This document shows positions 24,069-38,273 of a DNA stretch of 64,000 nucleotides, one piece after another. The notes under the pieces were generated by a model that saw only the letters and a list, made by a program, of their open reading frames with translations, was not told the origin of the DNA and did no database searches. The translations under genes and the position numbers were made by a program. Numbering within the stretch: the stretch's first letter is position 1; each line of letters starts with the position of its first letter. Origin of the DNA: Geosiphon pyriformis uo1 (lineage: Eukaryota; Fungi; Glomeromycota); the NCBI GenBank assembly GCA_016748015.1, contig JAAOMT010000181.1, positions 7,784-71,783 of the forward strand. The letters are read 5' to 3'.

Positions 24069-24939
24069 ATGGTTCAAATCACTTCCCTAGCTCAAGAGAA
24101 ACCCTCTTTAAGGATTAAGATTGGAGTGCTAGGTATGGAAGAGCATTTTTAATCCGTTGTTTCAATTCCCCTAGGAGTTCCTTAAAGCCCAAAACGCTTT
24201 TCATAGCCCTTCAAGGTGCGTTTATTGAACATGTTCATCTTCTTCAGCGTTTGGATCAAGTCTCGGAAGTCATCCCTGTCAAGAGTGCCAAGCAACTTCT
24301 TTCAATTGATGCCTTAATAATACCTGGTGGTGAGTCTACGACGATCGCACTTGTGGCAGAACGATCTGGTCTTATGGAACCTCTAAGAGAGTTTGTTTAC
24401 TCAAAACCTACTTGGGGAACTTGTGCTGGAATGATTTTAATAGCTAATGAAGTTAAACAGACAAAAAAAGGAGGTCAAAAATTACTCGGAGGATTGGATA
24501 TCTCGGTCACAAGGAATCAATTTGGAAGCCAGGTGAGCGCCACAATATTTAAAAAATCTTAATAATTTAATGAATAGTCTCTTTCTAATAAATTCGAACA
24601 AAAATTTGCAAAAAACTTCAGATCAATTCTTTTGAGGCTCCACTTCATATCAAAAATGTCACTACATCCTCTGATCTTTTCCCAGCAATTTTCATCCGTG
24701 CCCCAGTAATCAGTAGCATAAATGCCTCGGATGTTGAAATAATTGCCAAGCTGGAGCATCAGGTTAACCAAACGAATGGTGCAGTCGCTGTAGCGGTCCA
24801 ACAAGGTCATTTACTAGCCACAGCCTTTCATCCAGAGTTGACCAATGATGAAAGAATGCACCGTTATTTTGTTAAATTTGCGATAGACTTTATTTCGAAA
24901 TGTACACTAAAAGATCCCTCCGGCAAAAATGGAAAATAG
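24069..24939 (+). CDS. PDX2: Pyridoxal 5'-phosphate synthase glutaminase subunit (PDX2/SNO), 3 exons
   Basis: IGVLALQGAFIEH, LIIPGGESTTI, WGTCAGMIL, RNQFGSQ, IFIRAP, AFHPEL. Confidence 0.95.
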
Positions 24940-25242
24940 AAAGCCTCACTCCTTATATACTTTTTATTGTTTGATTTCAAGAGAATATTTAATAATTTAA
25001 TCAATTCTGGGCTATTCCAAATCGATAGAAATGGTTGAATAATTGAAATTTTTCTTAAGTGAAATATTACATTAAAGAATATTAATGAAAATAGATGTTG
25101 TGTAAATTCGGATCTAATGCAGGTACCAGCACTATCCATTAACCGTTATTTTAGCCGAAGACGCGTTATTACGCGATTTGATTGTGTTTCAAAATTTTAA
25201 AGACCTGAGCAATTTGTGTTCCGTAATTTTTCTAAATCAAAA

Positions 25243-28200
25243 ATGTTGAGCGCATCAACTCTAGCAAAAAAGTCCAGCCGCAAGCCAACAACTACTTTGG
25301 AAGTAGCCGCAAAATATACCATCAATAATAATTTAAGAGAACTGAACCAACTTTTACAGAGTCAAGATGAAAAGGAAAATAAAGAAAAGTCTAGCCCGAA
25401 AATGGATAAAATACAAAAGACCTTCGAAACACTTCTTCGTGCTCTGGAAACTCTAGCAAAGCTGGAAACAAGGAATAAAACATATAATTTGGATATTGAG
25501 AAAGCCTATTACAATGTCATTACCAAGATGATAGATTTTGGATTGGTAGATTTCGATGCTTTACGTCATTGTTAATTCATTTTGAATTATTCCATATCTC
25601 TTGTTTCTTCTTTCATCAAAAGCAAGAAAATGCTCTAAAGACGGCGCGTTTACTTCATTCACGTCTTTTAAAATGTTTTGGGAAATGTTCTATCGCCACA
25701 AACTTAAGACATCAATCTACAACAAGTATCAATGAAACAAACATCTCTAAGTTGAAATATAGTTCGGATTTAATCACGTTTTTTGGGGACTTATGCGTTT
25801 TACCGTTGGAGATTGAAACCAAAAACCATGAGGAGATTTTGCTAGTAATAGCGTATCAATTGTGCGTTCTTAGAGCTTTGATTGAGTATAAAGATGGTCA
25901 ACTTATTAAGGTATCAAGATTCCAAGAATTTTCATTTAAATGACTTGCGCCCTTCTTAATTCTCATTCAAATCTAATTAATTTTATTTTTAAGCTTATAC
26001 CAGCATGTTTTGAGATGACAGGAAATGTATTCGACTGGTGCCAAAAACTGGGGAAACTCAGGAAAGATATTGCTGCAAAGCAATACGGAATCTTAATTCG
26101 AATGCTCTCTCGAGCCAGCAGTCAACTGCAATCTTTATCAGGTAAAATCTTTTCAATATCCGTCTTGGATTTTTTGGCTTGATCGTACTTATATTCCCGT
26201 TAAATACATCGCTTCACCCCGTTTCAATGATTAATAAAAAGGAAACAATTGCATCGAAATCTTACGGCTACGTGCCTTCTCCCTTCGTGCCTTTGTTGAA
26301 ACTGAGCAATTTAAATTACCACTATTTTTCGAACAATGTTTAAAAGTGGGAACACAGTTCGAGAAGAATCTCAAAATTAGTAAGTTATGTTTTAATCTGC
26401 TGTTTGTATCCTTTAAATACTCGCTTGTTGCTAATTTTGATTCCACAATGATTTATAGATCCTAAAATTTCCTTCAAAGCGTTATTATGCTTTTATCAGG
26501 ACATGAACAGAATAATACAACCATATGTCGATCAATCACCAAAATGTCACTCTAATTTACTTAAATCTGCTACAATTAAGCTCAGTATAGGACATCTTGC
26601 GATAGAAAGTCTCATATCCGAAGAAGAAGGTGAGTTTATGAGAGCAGGATACTAAATGATGAACAAAACGAAAAAATTTACAAATACTATATATGGCTAC
26701 CAGATATCAAATATTTTGCTTATATTCGAGATGCAAAAGAAAGCTTTTCAACATTAGAGGCAGCTTTCGTCAATGAATCTCTTTCTCAAGAGGAGTTTAT
26801 AGATCTTTCGAATCTTTTAAAAAAAGGCGAACTGCTTCGAAAGTCTTGTAAAACAGTCTGCGAAATGATGAACATCGGAAAAAAGCAAGATTCTATGAAC
26901 CTCGGAATAAGTAACAAGAAAAAAAATACCAAAAATTTGGCTCTACTTCAAACTCCTCAAGATAAAGAAAGATTATACAAAGCAATCGGTGCACTAGTTT
27001 GGAGTGGAGCCAGTTTTTTTGGCATCATTTGTGAAAAATTATTTAGTCAATATAAGGTACAAAAATATCAATTACGACTTTTCAAAACACAAGTAACTTT
27101 ATTCCAGTGATTCCTAATGCTGACTGGGAATCCATTCGCAGGCACAACACCAAATAAATCCGTGTCTATTTCCACCTGACAGGCTCTTCCTAGTTACCCT
27201 CGATATGTTCGATCTCTTCCTTCGAACAACTTTCAATATTTCTGATCCACACTCATATGCTATTTGTACATCTTTCATTGAACGGGCACTAGTGATTGCT
27301 CGGACTAATTGTTTAGAAGAACCATTACGATGGATCTCAAACAGCTATTATTATATCGGAGGCATCCTTTATAGGGAGAACCAAAATCAAGACGCTGTAG
27401 AACCAATTCGCAAATCCTGCAACTTTCTTTATAATTATCTATATTATGCAAAACCGGAGGGAAAGATGCTACAAGAGGAAGAAATTAAATTACAGCTTGG
27501 CAAGCGATTCGAGGTCCTGGGTGCTTGCCATACCGCCCTAGGAGAAATAGAGGTCAGCCCTGGTATTGAGATTCTGCTGTGATACAACATAATTTCATTT
27601 TACTTTCAATGGTTTTCAATCGATTATGTATATTCAATTTTCATTACTCAAAGAAATTTTGTTCTAGAATGCCAGGAATGCTTTTGAACAATCACTCAGA
27701 AGCTTTCCCATAAGCGAATATGATAAATTCTCATCACTCATGAAAGAGGAATCAGTTCTTGTTGCATCACAACATTTACCAATAATACCTCGATTGATTG
27801 ATCGACATGTTAAATCGTCATACATTGACTCTCCTGATGCTGTGTTTACTCCGACACACGAAATTATGATGATCACCAGAGGTGAAGGAATCAAGGTTGC
27901 TGGCTTAGTTGAGTATCAAATTCGGGTGTTGAAGAGTCATGGGAATAAGGTTGATACCTATAAAGTTCAGATGACTCTATGTGAGAAATTACTTGAATGG
28001 TATTCTGTAGAAGATTTTCCTCTGAGAAGGGCCAGGTTTTTATGAATATCATTCGATCAAGTTTTTCAATCACTTTTGAGTAATGTTCTCAGTATTTTAA
28101 TCTTTCCAGGGTTTTACTTGAACAATCAAAGTTGATGAGATCGAGTAAAAACCAAAAAGATCGAGAACATACCTTAGTATTGTTAGCTACAGCAAAAGAA

Positions 28201-31200
28201 TTATTAAAGACAGAGGCAAGAAGTCTTAGGTCTTTATCCTTTATTCTTAGTGTCACCCTAATAATCAAAGGCTTTTTATCAAAATAGGAAATCGGCGAGG
28301 ATAGTGGTCTCTACAAATTGAAGCAATTTTATTTGGCCACTGCTTATTCATGGTCCAGCATTGTTTCTCAGGAATGTAGACAAAGATTTCCGGAGGGATT
28401 CAAAATCGCTTTGACGCTTTGGAAGGGGATATTAATAGACATTCATCCGTTTGGAGACGGATCTATTGTAACAGAAAATCATTTAGAAGAAGCCAAAAAA
28501 AAATAGATGACCCTCAAAGATATTATGGAGAGCTTCGTATCCAAGCTTATTATTGCTTCCGCACTCATAAAAATCACTCACCCAGATATACCTTAATAAA
28601 TATTTCAATAGAAATGCTATCGGATTTTTTAGGAGTTTGTCATCAGCCGATAGATCAAATTTTAACGCTGAAGCTGATGTTGAGAATGAATAATGGCTTG
28701 ACGCCCAATTCTCAAGAAGTGCATTCGGGTTAGTATTCGCTTTTTTTTTTGAACGTTGAATAATCTTTTGGTTGAAGATATTTAAATTTTTTTTTAGATT
28801 CCATGGCTCTTTATAACCAAATGGGACTTATTTACTTGAACCTTGGATATACTGGAAAAGCCGGGCTGGCATTTTCAAAAGCAAAAATGATAATGGATTC
28901 CTGCAATGTGGTGAACGAAACAAAGTTGAAATGGATTTTGGGATATAGCCAGTATTTGTGCTGTATTGGGAATTTCCCGAAAAGGTTGGATTCCCATTAT
29001 CAAATCAAAGAAATTATATATTATCATTAAGTTTCACCTAAAATTCTTTGCAGCTCCCAGTATTTTGATCAAGCCCAAATTTTGGCTAACTCTAAACCAC
29101 CGGAGCCAAAAGTTATATCACACCCCAATAACCTCAAGAGGCGGAAAGGCGAGCAAATGCTACTAGCCGACGCCTCATTTACCCGATCGGTCATTGCAAG
29201 CCGTTTGGTAGCTATCGACACTTCTTACTTTTGGTGTCTAAAGATCTTTGTCAATCACATCCGCAAATCATTATAAACATTTCTGATTATTTAGGGTTTA
29301 TTGGAAGCTGCTATCTTGGACAGCACAAGAACTTTAAGACTTCTGAATCGCATTATATCAAATATTAATTCAAATATTAGCATGCAATTAATTAACACAA
29401 TAGATGAAAATCCATTTTTGGTAGAGGATTCTACACACCTTTCAGTCTCCAAATCCAAGGATTCGTGTAAGATCTTATCATTTACAGATCAATGTTTCTT
29501 GTGGCCCGTATTAAAGGTATCTTTTAATGACTGAGAGCTCTTCGAGTGTCGATTTAATTTTAACCAAACGTTCTATATACTTTTAGAGACTCTTAACGTG
29601 CTTTCAACATCTAGGGCAACTTTATGTCATACGTGGTTCACCAAAAGAGGCAGATTTTTTTTTACGACGAGGCTTAGAACTTACTCAAGGAATCAATGGA
29701 TACTCTGCTATCAGCCATTCATTATTGAGCCTAGCAGTTTTGGATTCCCAGAAACATTCTTGGCAAGATAGTGAAGACAATTTTGAGAAAGCCCTCAAAT
29801 TTCAACAAGAGGTATTATTTATGTTTGAAACTTACTCGTCCAGCCATCTTCAATGGAACACTTTAAGACCTTTTAAAAAATATTCTATGCGATTATTCCA
29901 TTCTAAATTCATAAGGGTGAGGTCGTTAAAAAGGATGAGGCTGTTGCGAAATTATTTTTTGGTGATTTAAAATTTCGCAAACGCGATTATGAAACAGCTC
30001 TGCAACTATATCGTTTGGCAGAAAATATCCTGAGCGATATAATGAAACAGGAATATATTTCACACATGGAACTAATTAACTTGAAGTATGCATACGTGAT
30101 AACCCACAAGAGGTTTTTCCCAATCTTGATATTAAAGAATTTGATTATTATAGTGTCTTTCAAACACCGAGATCTAAAAAACTAATTTCTATATCGCCCT
30201 TGACCCCTAAATCTAAGAGTTCAACTGATGGTAAATAATTTTTTAAAAAACAACGCTTTTATACATCAATTGCTCATTCTTAACTCTAAATCTATTAGGG
30301 AACATTCAGTTTGAGTGTTTTTTGCTTACTCACATAAAGGCAGACTTATTTAGACGCGAGGGTATGCTATTGCTTCTCTTTCAATAATATTTAATTCCTT
30401 TTAACAGTCCTTTGCTATATCAATAGGTCTTGTGTTAACCAAACAAAAAAAATTTGACGATGGGTTCCAGATAATACAAAACTGCAAAGTCATAAATCAA
30501 TCAAGGCTCGAAAAGGTTTCTTTCCATCCTTTGTAATTACTGAACTAACCCAGATCTTAAACTCAAAATGCCCATATAATTACAGATCGAACATCTTCTG
30601 GCTCTTGGAAAGAATAGAATTCAATATATAATCAGTAAATTATCACAACCTCCATTTTCGACATTTGAAATCTTTTCTGAATCCGGTAATTTTTTATTTA
30701 GTAATCTAAAATTAGCTAATTTTGAAAGGCAATCATCATTTGCAAAACCTAATATCACATATAATTAATATTCCTAGTACTTTCTCTGCCCCCAATCAAG
30801 CAAACCAGTAAAGGACGCGTAAAGGTCAGATCAGATGAAATTATCCATTTAGACTGTGAAATTGAGCAGGCAACTGGATACTTGAAGGAAGCATTTGATC
30901 TCGCTTTTGAAAGCGGGACAACCCACTCTTTACATGACATAGCTTTTGCGCTTGCCAAAATTTATATGATAAAAGCGTATAATCAAAAAAGCACAAGTGT
31001 CCAACGATCTGACTTGGTTATTGCTTGCGTTTTTTATTTAGGTAAGTCTTTTATCTTTAGTAATTCAAGATACATTCACCTACTTCAATAACAAAATTGT
31101 TGATCAATTCTCCATGCAGAAATGACTAAAGGAATTGCCGCTAAAAGAGAAATGATTGCAGCCATTTCCGAAAGATTGGTGCCTGCGTACAAATTTGATG

Positions 31201-33265
31201 ACAAGAAGTGGCCTTCAGGATTTTCAACCATCGTCAATAACCAAAATTTGAATGAAGAGATTTTCGATGAAGAAAACCAAATGAATAACCTGAATTTCTT
31301 TTCATCCCTTGGCAAACTTTACAAGAAGGAAATTAATATGACCTACGATCAATTCAAATCACAATTTATTGATATCCTGCCTCCACATTGGACAATTTGC
31401 ACGATTTCCATCGACACCGAATTCGAAGAAATGTATATTTGCCGGTTACATCAAAAAAACCAGCCTTTAATCCTTCGACTTCCATTAATACGACAACCTA
31501 ATCAGGAAGGACAAGAAAATTTTTCTTATGAGACTATGATTGCTGAACTCAATGATATTATCAATGCTAGCAATGTGACCATGAGGGCTGGGAAGGCATA
31601 TGAAACCATTAAAGAGAAAACAGAATGGTGGAATAAAAGGAAGGAGCTAGATGAACGATTACAACAGCTGCTAGCTAATATTGAAAATTGCTGGCTTGGC
31701 GGTTTCAAGGTGAATGAAATTGAAAGAAATCTTAGTGTGGATGATTCAACTACTAAATCTGTTATCAAATGATATAAGGGGATTTTCAGGACGAACCCGG
31801 ACAATAATGAGATGATGTACAAATTTAAAAGCAAAATCGAGACTATAATCTCTAAAGTGGTTCAAAATTTAATTTGCAAAAAATCCAAAGATCAAACTTC
31901 CAAAAAATCACCATCTTTCGACATCGACATCGACGTCGAATTGTGCAAGGTTTTTTTTGATTTGGGGCAAGAGGCTTCCGCTGAAGACATTGAAGATTTT
32001 CTATACTTTCTCCTCGACACTTATCATTACAATGGGGTTCCGATTGCTTATGATGAGGTGAATATGAATCAGGTAAGTTAAGTTTATTTCAAATTTGATC
32101 TTTGCAAATTATTCGAGATACTTCGCACCACTAAATATTGAACCGAACTAAAGCTGATCGCAGACGTCCAAGACATTATAAATTCTTTTTCAGCCTTTAA
32201 ACCCATCGACACTGAGAAACAAAAGGGTGCAACAGAACACATAATTTTAATCCTTGATAAGAGTGTTCAGATGATTCCATGGGAAAGTTTACCCTGTTTA
32301 AGAACTAGACCCATCTCCCGTTTACCTTCTTTGACATTTCTGCGGGATAGGATTCTTTTGGCACAAGAGAAGAATGTCCAAAAGCCGGGTGTTTGGGCTG
32401 AGCACACAATTGACCGTCGCAAAGTTTTTTATGTTCTGAATCCAAGCCAAGACCTTAAAAATACTGAAAAAGAGTTCAAAAATTTTTTGCAAAGGTAACA
32501 CATTAAGCCCTATGATTATTTTTGAATAAATAATTAAGATTAAAGTATGTTTTTCTTTCATGCATTCTAAGTTATGAAACCTGGGATGGTGTAATTGGTC
32601 GGGCTCCCATACTGCAAGAGTGCAAAAATGGTCTAGCTAATAATGATCTTTACATGTATTTCAAGCTTTGTTTAACATTCATTACATGTATTTTCTGATA
32701 TTCGACTAAATATTTCCATCAACAAAAAACTTATGTAGCTATTTCGGTCATGGTAGTGGAGATCAATATATTCGTGGGCCGCAAGTACGTCAACTCGATC
32801 GTTGCGCTGTAACTTTGCTAATGGGTTGCAGTAGTGGATATTTGAAGCCTGCCGGCGAGTTTGATCCCACTGGGACAGCATTGAGTTATATTATGTCTGG
32901 CTGGCATGTAACAAAACATAGTTGCGTTCTTTATTTCTCTTTCATAGTCCATTGAATCTGATAACTATATTGTTATGAATATCAGTCCAGCTCTTGTTGG
33001 AACTTTGTGGGACGTTACAGACAAGGACATCGATCGCTACAGCAAAGCCTTGTTTCAAGAATGGGGTCTTGATCCCAAAATTTCTCCTTCCAACAAAACA
33101 ACATCTAATGTGAATATTTCTCAGCGTCAAAACTTGCAACCAGAACACCAAATTTCGTTAGTAGAAGCAGTGTCGATGGTCAGAGACAATTGTGTATTAA
33201 AATATTTGAATGGAGCTGCACCTGTAGTATATGGAATACCTTGTTATCTTGTTACGGACCACTAA
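25243..33265 (+). CDS. ESP1: Separase (peptidase C50), more than 20 exons; apparent frameshift at an A9 run (28495-28503)
   Basis: C-terminal WW..RKELDERL..LL.NIENCWLGGFKG, IPWESLPCLR, YVLNPSQDL, YFGHGSG (catalytic His), LLMGCSSG (catalytic Cys), LWDVTDKDID, GAAPVVYGIP. Upstream exons are helical-repeat-like; N-terminal exon boundaries are approximate. Confidence 0.93.
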
Positions 33266-34894
33266 ACTCCTATTTAAATGTTTAAATCTAGACATATTGT
33301 TTAAATCATTAATCATTAATCAATTACAGGTTCCTCGATTGTTCGAGATTTGGAAGTGTACTATCTAGATACCATAAAAATACTATTGGTATCATAGTAG
33401 TCCTTTCCGTAACTATCAATGCAAAAAGAAGAGGCAAAATGTCTGAATACAACATCATTGTAATGGTTAAAGATGATTTGTGTTTGGATTTCTTTGCATT
33501 TGTCTTGGATCAAAAAAGTGAAAACCTTAGCTTTTTTGATTCTACAATTTTAAAAACCAATAAATATTAAATAATTTGTTTATTGTACAAACGAATTATA
33601 CAAAATTAAATGATTTTCTCAAAACCATAAAGAATTTTAAATAGTGCAAAAACAAATTTTAATTAAAATAAACATTATATAATATGTTTGCAAATGTAAA
33701 AAATGTTATTAGTTCACTTAAAACTTCCAAGATTCCTATTTAAAATAAATTGCATACCTTAAATTTGAAAATGTTTCTTTTATAATTTATTTTTTATTGG
33801 TAGTATAATTTTATTACAAAAATTATGTACATTAACTACTTGTGTTAAAAATTATTTTGAACAATTAAAATTAAAAAAACAGTAATTAAAAATCTATTAT
33901 TAATAAACAAAAATACAATAATAAAAAAACCCAAACTTTTATTAATTTATTTTATTTATTAGTAATTTTTGTGTTATTTTTATAATAATAATCTTTTTAA
34001 CTATTTGTTTTTTTAAAATTGTAAATAAATAATAATTTGAGATTTTGATAATTTTTTTATTATTATTATTATTTCTCATAATAAAATATAATCTTTTTAT
34101 TGTTTAATTTAAGTATAATAAGATAATTATAAACATGAATTATGTAATTTTACAATCTTAAATATTGCTATTTTTTATTTTTTATAAATTTAATGCTTTA
34201 TAAAACCAATTTTTAATCTAATTTTTTATATTAAGATTAAATATAATTGTTTTAGATTTGCCAAATTATGAATTTTTTTATAAAAAACCAATTTTAATAA
34301 ATTTTATATAGAATCTTAAATTGTTAACATTATTATTTAACAAAAATTACGAATTTAAAAATCTTTTTAGTAATAATAATTTTGTTGAACAATATATATT
34401 ACTATATTTATAATTATAAATTATAATATATATATAAATATATATACTATTTTTTATTTAAAAAAATAAAAAAAAATTGTAAAATAAAATATGTAAAACA
34501 AAAAAAAATCGTTTTTTTAAAAATTAGCTTAATATGAATTTTATATAAAAAAATAATCAAATCTTACTAAAAATACAAAAATTACAATTAATAAATAAAG
34601 ATTAAAAAACTTGTAAAATAAAACATAAAAAAACATAAAAATCTAGCTATTACTATTGAATTATATAAATGAAAATATATAAAAATTTTAAACATAACAA
34701 AACCTATTATTATTAAATTATATATATTAATTTTTATTGTATTTTTTAACTTATTAAGAATTTTTTGTATTTAATTTAGTTTAATAATTATATTTTATTA
34801 TAATTAAGCTATTTTTTATTTTTTTATTGTTAAAAACTTATTAATAAATTTAAACAAAATATGTAAATTAAAATGTTATATTAAAGAAATATGT

Positions 34895-35292
34895 GGTTTT
34901 GCTAAGGGTCATAAATCCACTATGTGGCTGCTGACCGCCAAGTTGAAAGTGCTTTATGAGAAGCATAGTCTTTTGCCATATGATGAATCCATAATACTAG
35001 TAGTATCTGGTTTGGCCTCCTTGTGGTCTCCCAGAGTAATCTTTGATTTTGGTATCAAACTAGGTATTCACATATGCTATGGTTTACATTCTCACTTGTT
35101 CAGTACACATTTCAGTTTTTTAGGGGAATTTCCAGTTATTGGTGTTTTGGGTGTTTAGTGTTGCTTTGATTGGTCTGAGTGGTTAATCACATGTAGGAAG
35201 CGCATAAGCCACACTTAATATAGGATTTTGTATATTGTTATAGTTTAAATAGTGGTTGGGCTACACTCGTAATATGTTTAATAAAAAAAAAA
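34895..35292 (+). mobile_element. 5'-truncated LINE copy (ORF2 C-terminus, 3' tail and poly(A))
   Basis: 12-bp TSD AAAGAAATATGT at 34883-34894 and 35293-35304, preceded by TT (TT|AAAG nick site). ORF 34922-35158, 3' stem-loop at 35167-35189, A-tail. Confidence 0.85.
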
Positions 35293-35967
35293 AAAGAAAT
35301 ATGTATTTAATTTATGTTTTTGATTAAAAAATTATTAATTATTTTAATATTTAGACTTATTTTTTTATTGAATATAATAAACAGTTTTGTAAATATTGCA
35401 AATAAAATATTAAGTATTCTTAAAAATAATATTATTATTTATTATAAAAAACTTTTTATAAATTAAAATAAATAAAAAATAAATAAATAAACTGTCTTAT
35501 TAATAAAAATATTAACTATATTATTGTTTATATTATCAGAATAATTTTTAATTTTAGCTTAAATAACAAAAATATTTTTATTAAAAATAATATTTATACT
35601 TTGTTTTTTTTATTTAACAATAATTGTAAAGATTAAATATTATTAATTTAATTCAAAAACATATATGTATAAGACTACTTAATTATTTGAATAAATTATA
35701 AATTAAAATATACTCAAAAACCAAAATAATAATTTATAATTTAGTTAATATTAATAATACTAAATTACATATTTAAATATTTATGCTTAAATTCAAATTG
35801 TCAAAATAAACTAAAATATTATTTACAATAATAAACAAATATAAATTTTTTAAGAAATTATTTATAAAAATATTTATAGTTTAATATATTATATAATTTG
35901 ATTATAATTAGTTATATTTTTATATTATATAAATCAAATTATTAATTAAATAATAATATTTAATAAA

Positions 35968-36870
35968 TTTTTTTTTATTAATATTTTAATAAGTAAAATC
36001 CAACTACTATCTAGTATATAAAACCAAATTAAGTGATTCAAACTAAATGTAACTCATGTTTTTACTATATGTGACCAGTCATTTGGACTGGTCAAAACAA
36101 TACTAAACACCTATATTAATACATACATTATCATTTAAATCAGAAAAAAAAGAACATAATTTGTGATTATTAAAACAATCCACAAAAAACTTTATAATAC
36201 CAAATAAATGAATTATCTTATTTAATAATATAGACTCATATTACAAGACAAACCTGATACTAAACCAGTATCTTTGACCAATTTAGTTTTTTCTATATTT
36301 ACTCTATATTTAAATCTTATAAGTCACGTTTTAGTATAATGTAATTCTATTAAATATTTTATATATTTAATAATAATAAAAGCAGTTTTTTCTTTTTTCT
36401 TAAAAACCATAATAGTCTCAACTAATTAGTTTTTTAGCATAAATTTTTTGCAAATTACTATATACAGATTTATATTCGATAAATACATAAAAAATGTTTA
36501 TAAAACAATAAAAAAAAATGGATTATAAACATTAGTCAATGAAATTTATTATTTAAAAACTTTCATTAAAATTTTTTCTTAAATATTATAATTTTTAGCA
36601 CAAATAAAAACATGATTTGGTAATTTTACTTTACTATACAACAAACACAGCACATTTAAATATGCTTTGTTATACAATTTTTTTTAATTACTATTAACAG
36701 TTATTTATATACAGTCTTTATTAAGTATATATACAGATTAACAAACTTTTTACTAGTAAATTCTGAGAGTATATGAAAATTAAAATACCAAATCTTAATA
36801 GTAATCAACCAATTTATCTTTTTTATTAGTACATTCAAAACTACATCATAACTAGAACCAGTTTATATTT
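35968..36870 (-). mobile_element. 5'-truncated, decayed LINE copy with the ORF2 C-terminal Cys motif and 3' tail
   Basis: Minus strand reads …KKLYNKAYLNVLCLLYSKVKLPNHVFIC (decayed C-x2-C-x7-H-x3-C type motif). Stem-loop at 36072-36094 and a T-tract at 35968. Confidence 0.7.
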
Positions 36871-37404
36871 AATAATTTAATAAAATAATAAGTAATAATT
36901 TAAAATAATAATATATATTAATTAATAATAAAATTATAAAAATATATTTTTTTATTAATATTTAATAAATATGATACAATTATTATCTAGAAATTAAGAA
37001 CAAACTAAGTATTCCAATGCTAAATATAGTTCATATGTTTTTTACATATAACCAATTACATAAATCAGTTCAGACTATACTATATTAATATTTTAAAAAA
37101 AACTTACCCAAAGAAAACATTTTTTGAACAATTTTAAACAATATAGTATTATTATTAACTAATCTAACCAGCTATTTAACTGTTGTTATTAGTAGAATTT
37201 TAGCTATTAGTTAACATAAAATTACTTTTATAATTCCTATTATTAATTAGCATATATTATTATTATTTTATTTATTATTTATTATTTAATCAAATTATCA
37301 AATATCATTATTCAATTAATAACTCAATTTGTATAATAAAAATTAAAATAATTAGATTACACAATACTCCAAACCATTTAACATACAAAAATTTGCTAAA
37401 ATAT

Positions 37405-38273
37405 TATTACAGATAATTATTTAGGGTCTCAAAGCAAATAATAAACCCATAACTTGGTGCTTAATTGATGACATTAGTAATGTCTAAAGGTGTTTTAATC
37501 GGAAGGTTTTGATTGGAGTTTTTTGTATAATGGATAGAGATTCCTGTGTTATTTTTTCTGTAGCTTCCTGGAATCACAATTCCATCAATTTTTTTCTCAG
37601 TTTGGTGGCCAGCAATCTTCTAGTAAGCAATCCATAATTCTTACATGTTCTACTCACTTACAAGAGTCTTTTACCAGGCAATCTTTGACATTAATACTTA
37701 GCACTTTAATCCTCAATCAATTAGTATACCCAATAAAATAAAGACAAAAAAATAAAAAATAAAGACAATAAGCCAAGGCAATGTAAGTTAGTATTTCATC
37801 AATAGCCATGATTAAGGGCTATTGTTCCTGCATGTTTTAAGTATCAATTACTATCACCATTTAGGGTTGATAGCAAACAACTGGATTTGAGATACTGAAT
37901 AAGTATATTTATTGATATTTTGGAATGCTATGGTTTCTAATTAGGGAATGGTAACTAAAGAATTTCTTTTTCTTTCTCTCTCCCTTCTGCCTTTAATGCT
38001 ACTGCTATATATATGTATTTTCTAGTTTTACAGGATTGCTTTGGATTGTCTGTTCTTGCTAGCTATCACTTCATTTTTTTTATGTTATAACTAATTATCC
38101 TATGTTATAACACATTATCTGATATTATTATACATTATTCTATGTTATCCCATGTTATAACACATTATCCTATGTTATTATGTGCTATTCTGTGTCCTTT
38201 TACATTTCATCACGTTTTTTTCAGGTCATGTTTTTTCTTTTTTCTTTGATAGGCTTTCTTTTTTCAAGTAACA
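37405..38273 (-). repeat. 3' LTR (869 bp), with PPT at 38274-38290
   Basis: Near-identical to 46092-47032 and followed by TTATCTCTTTCTTTTTT (purine tract on the minus strand). Confidence 0.92.
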
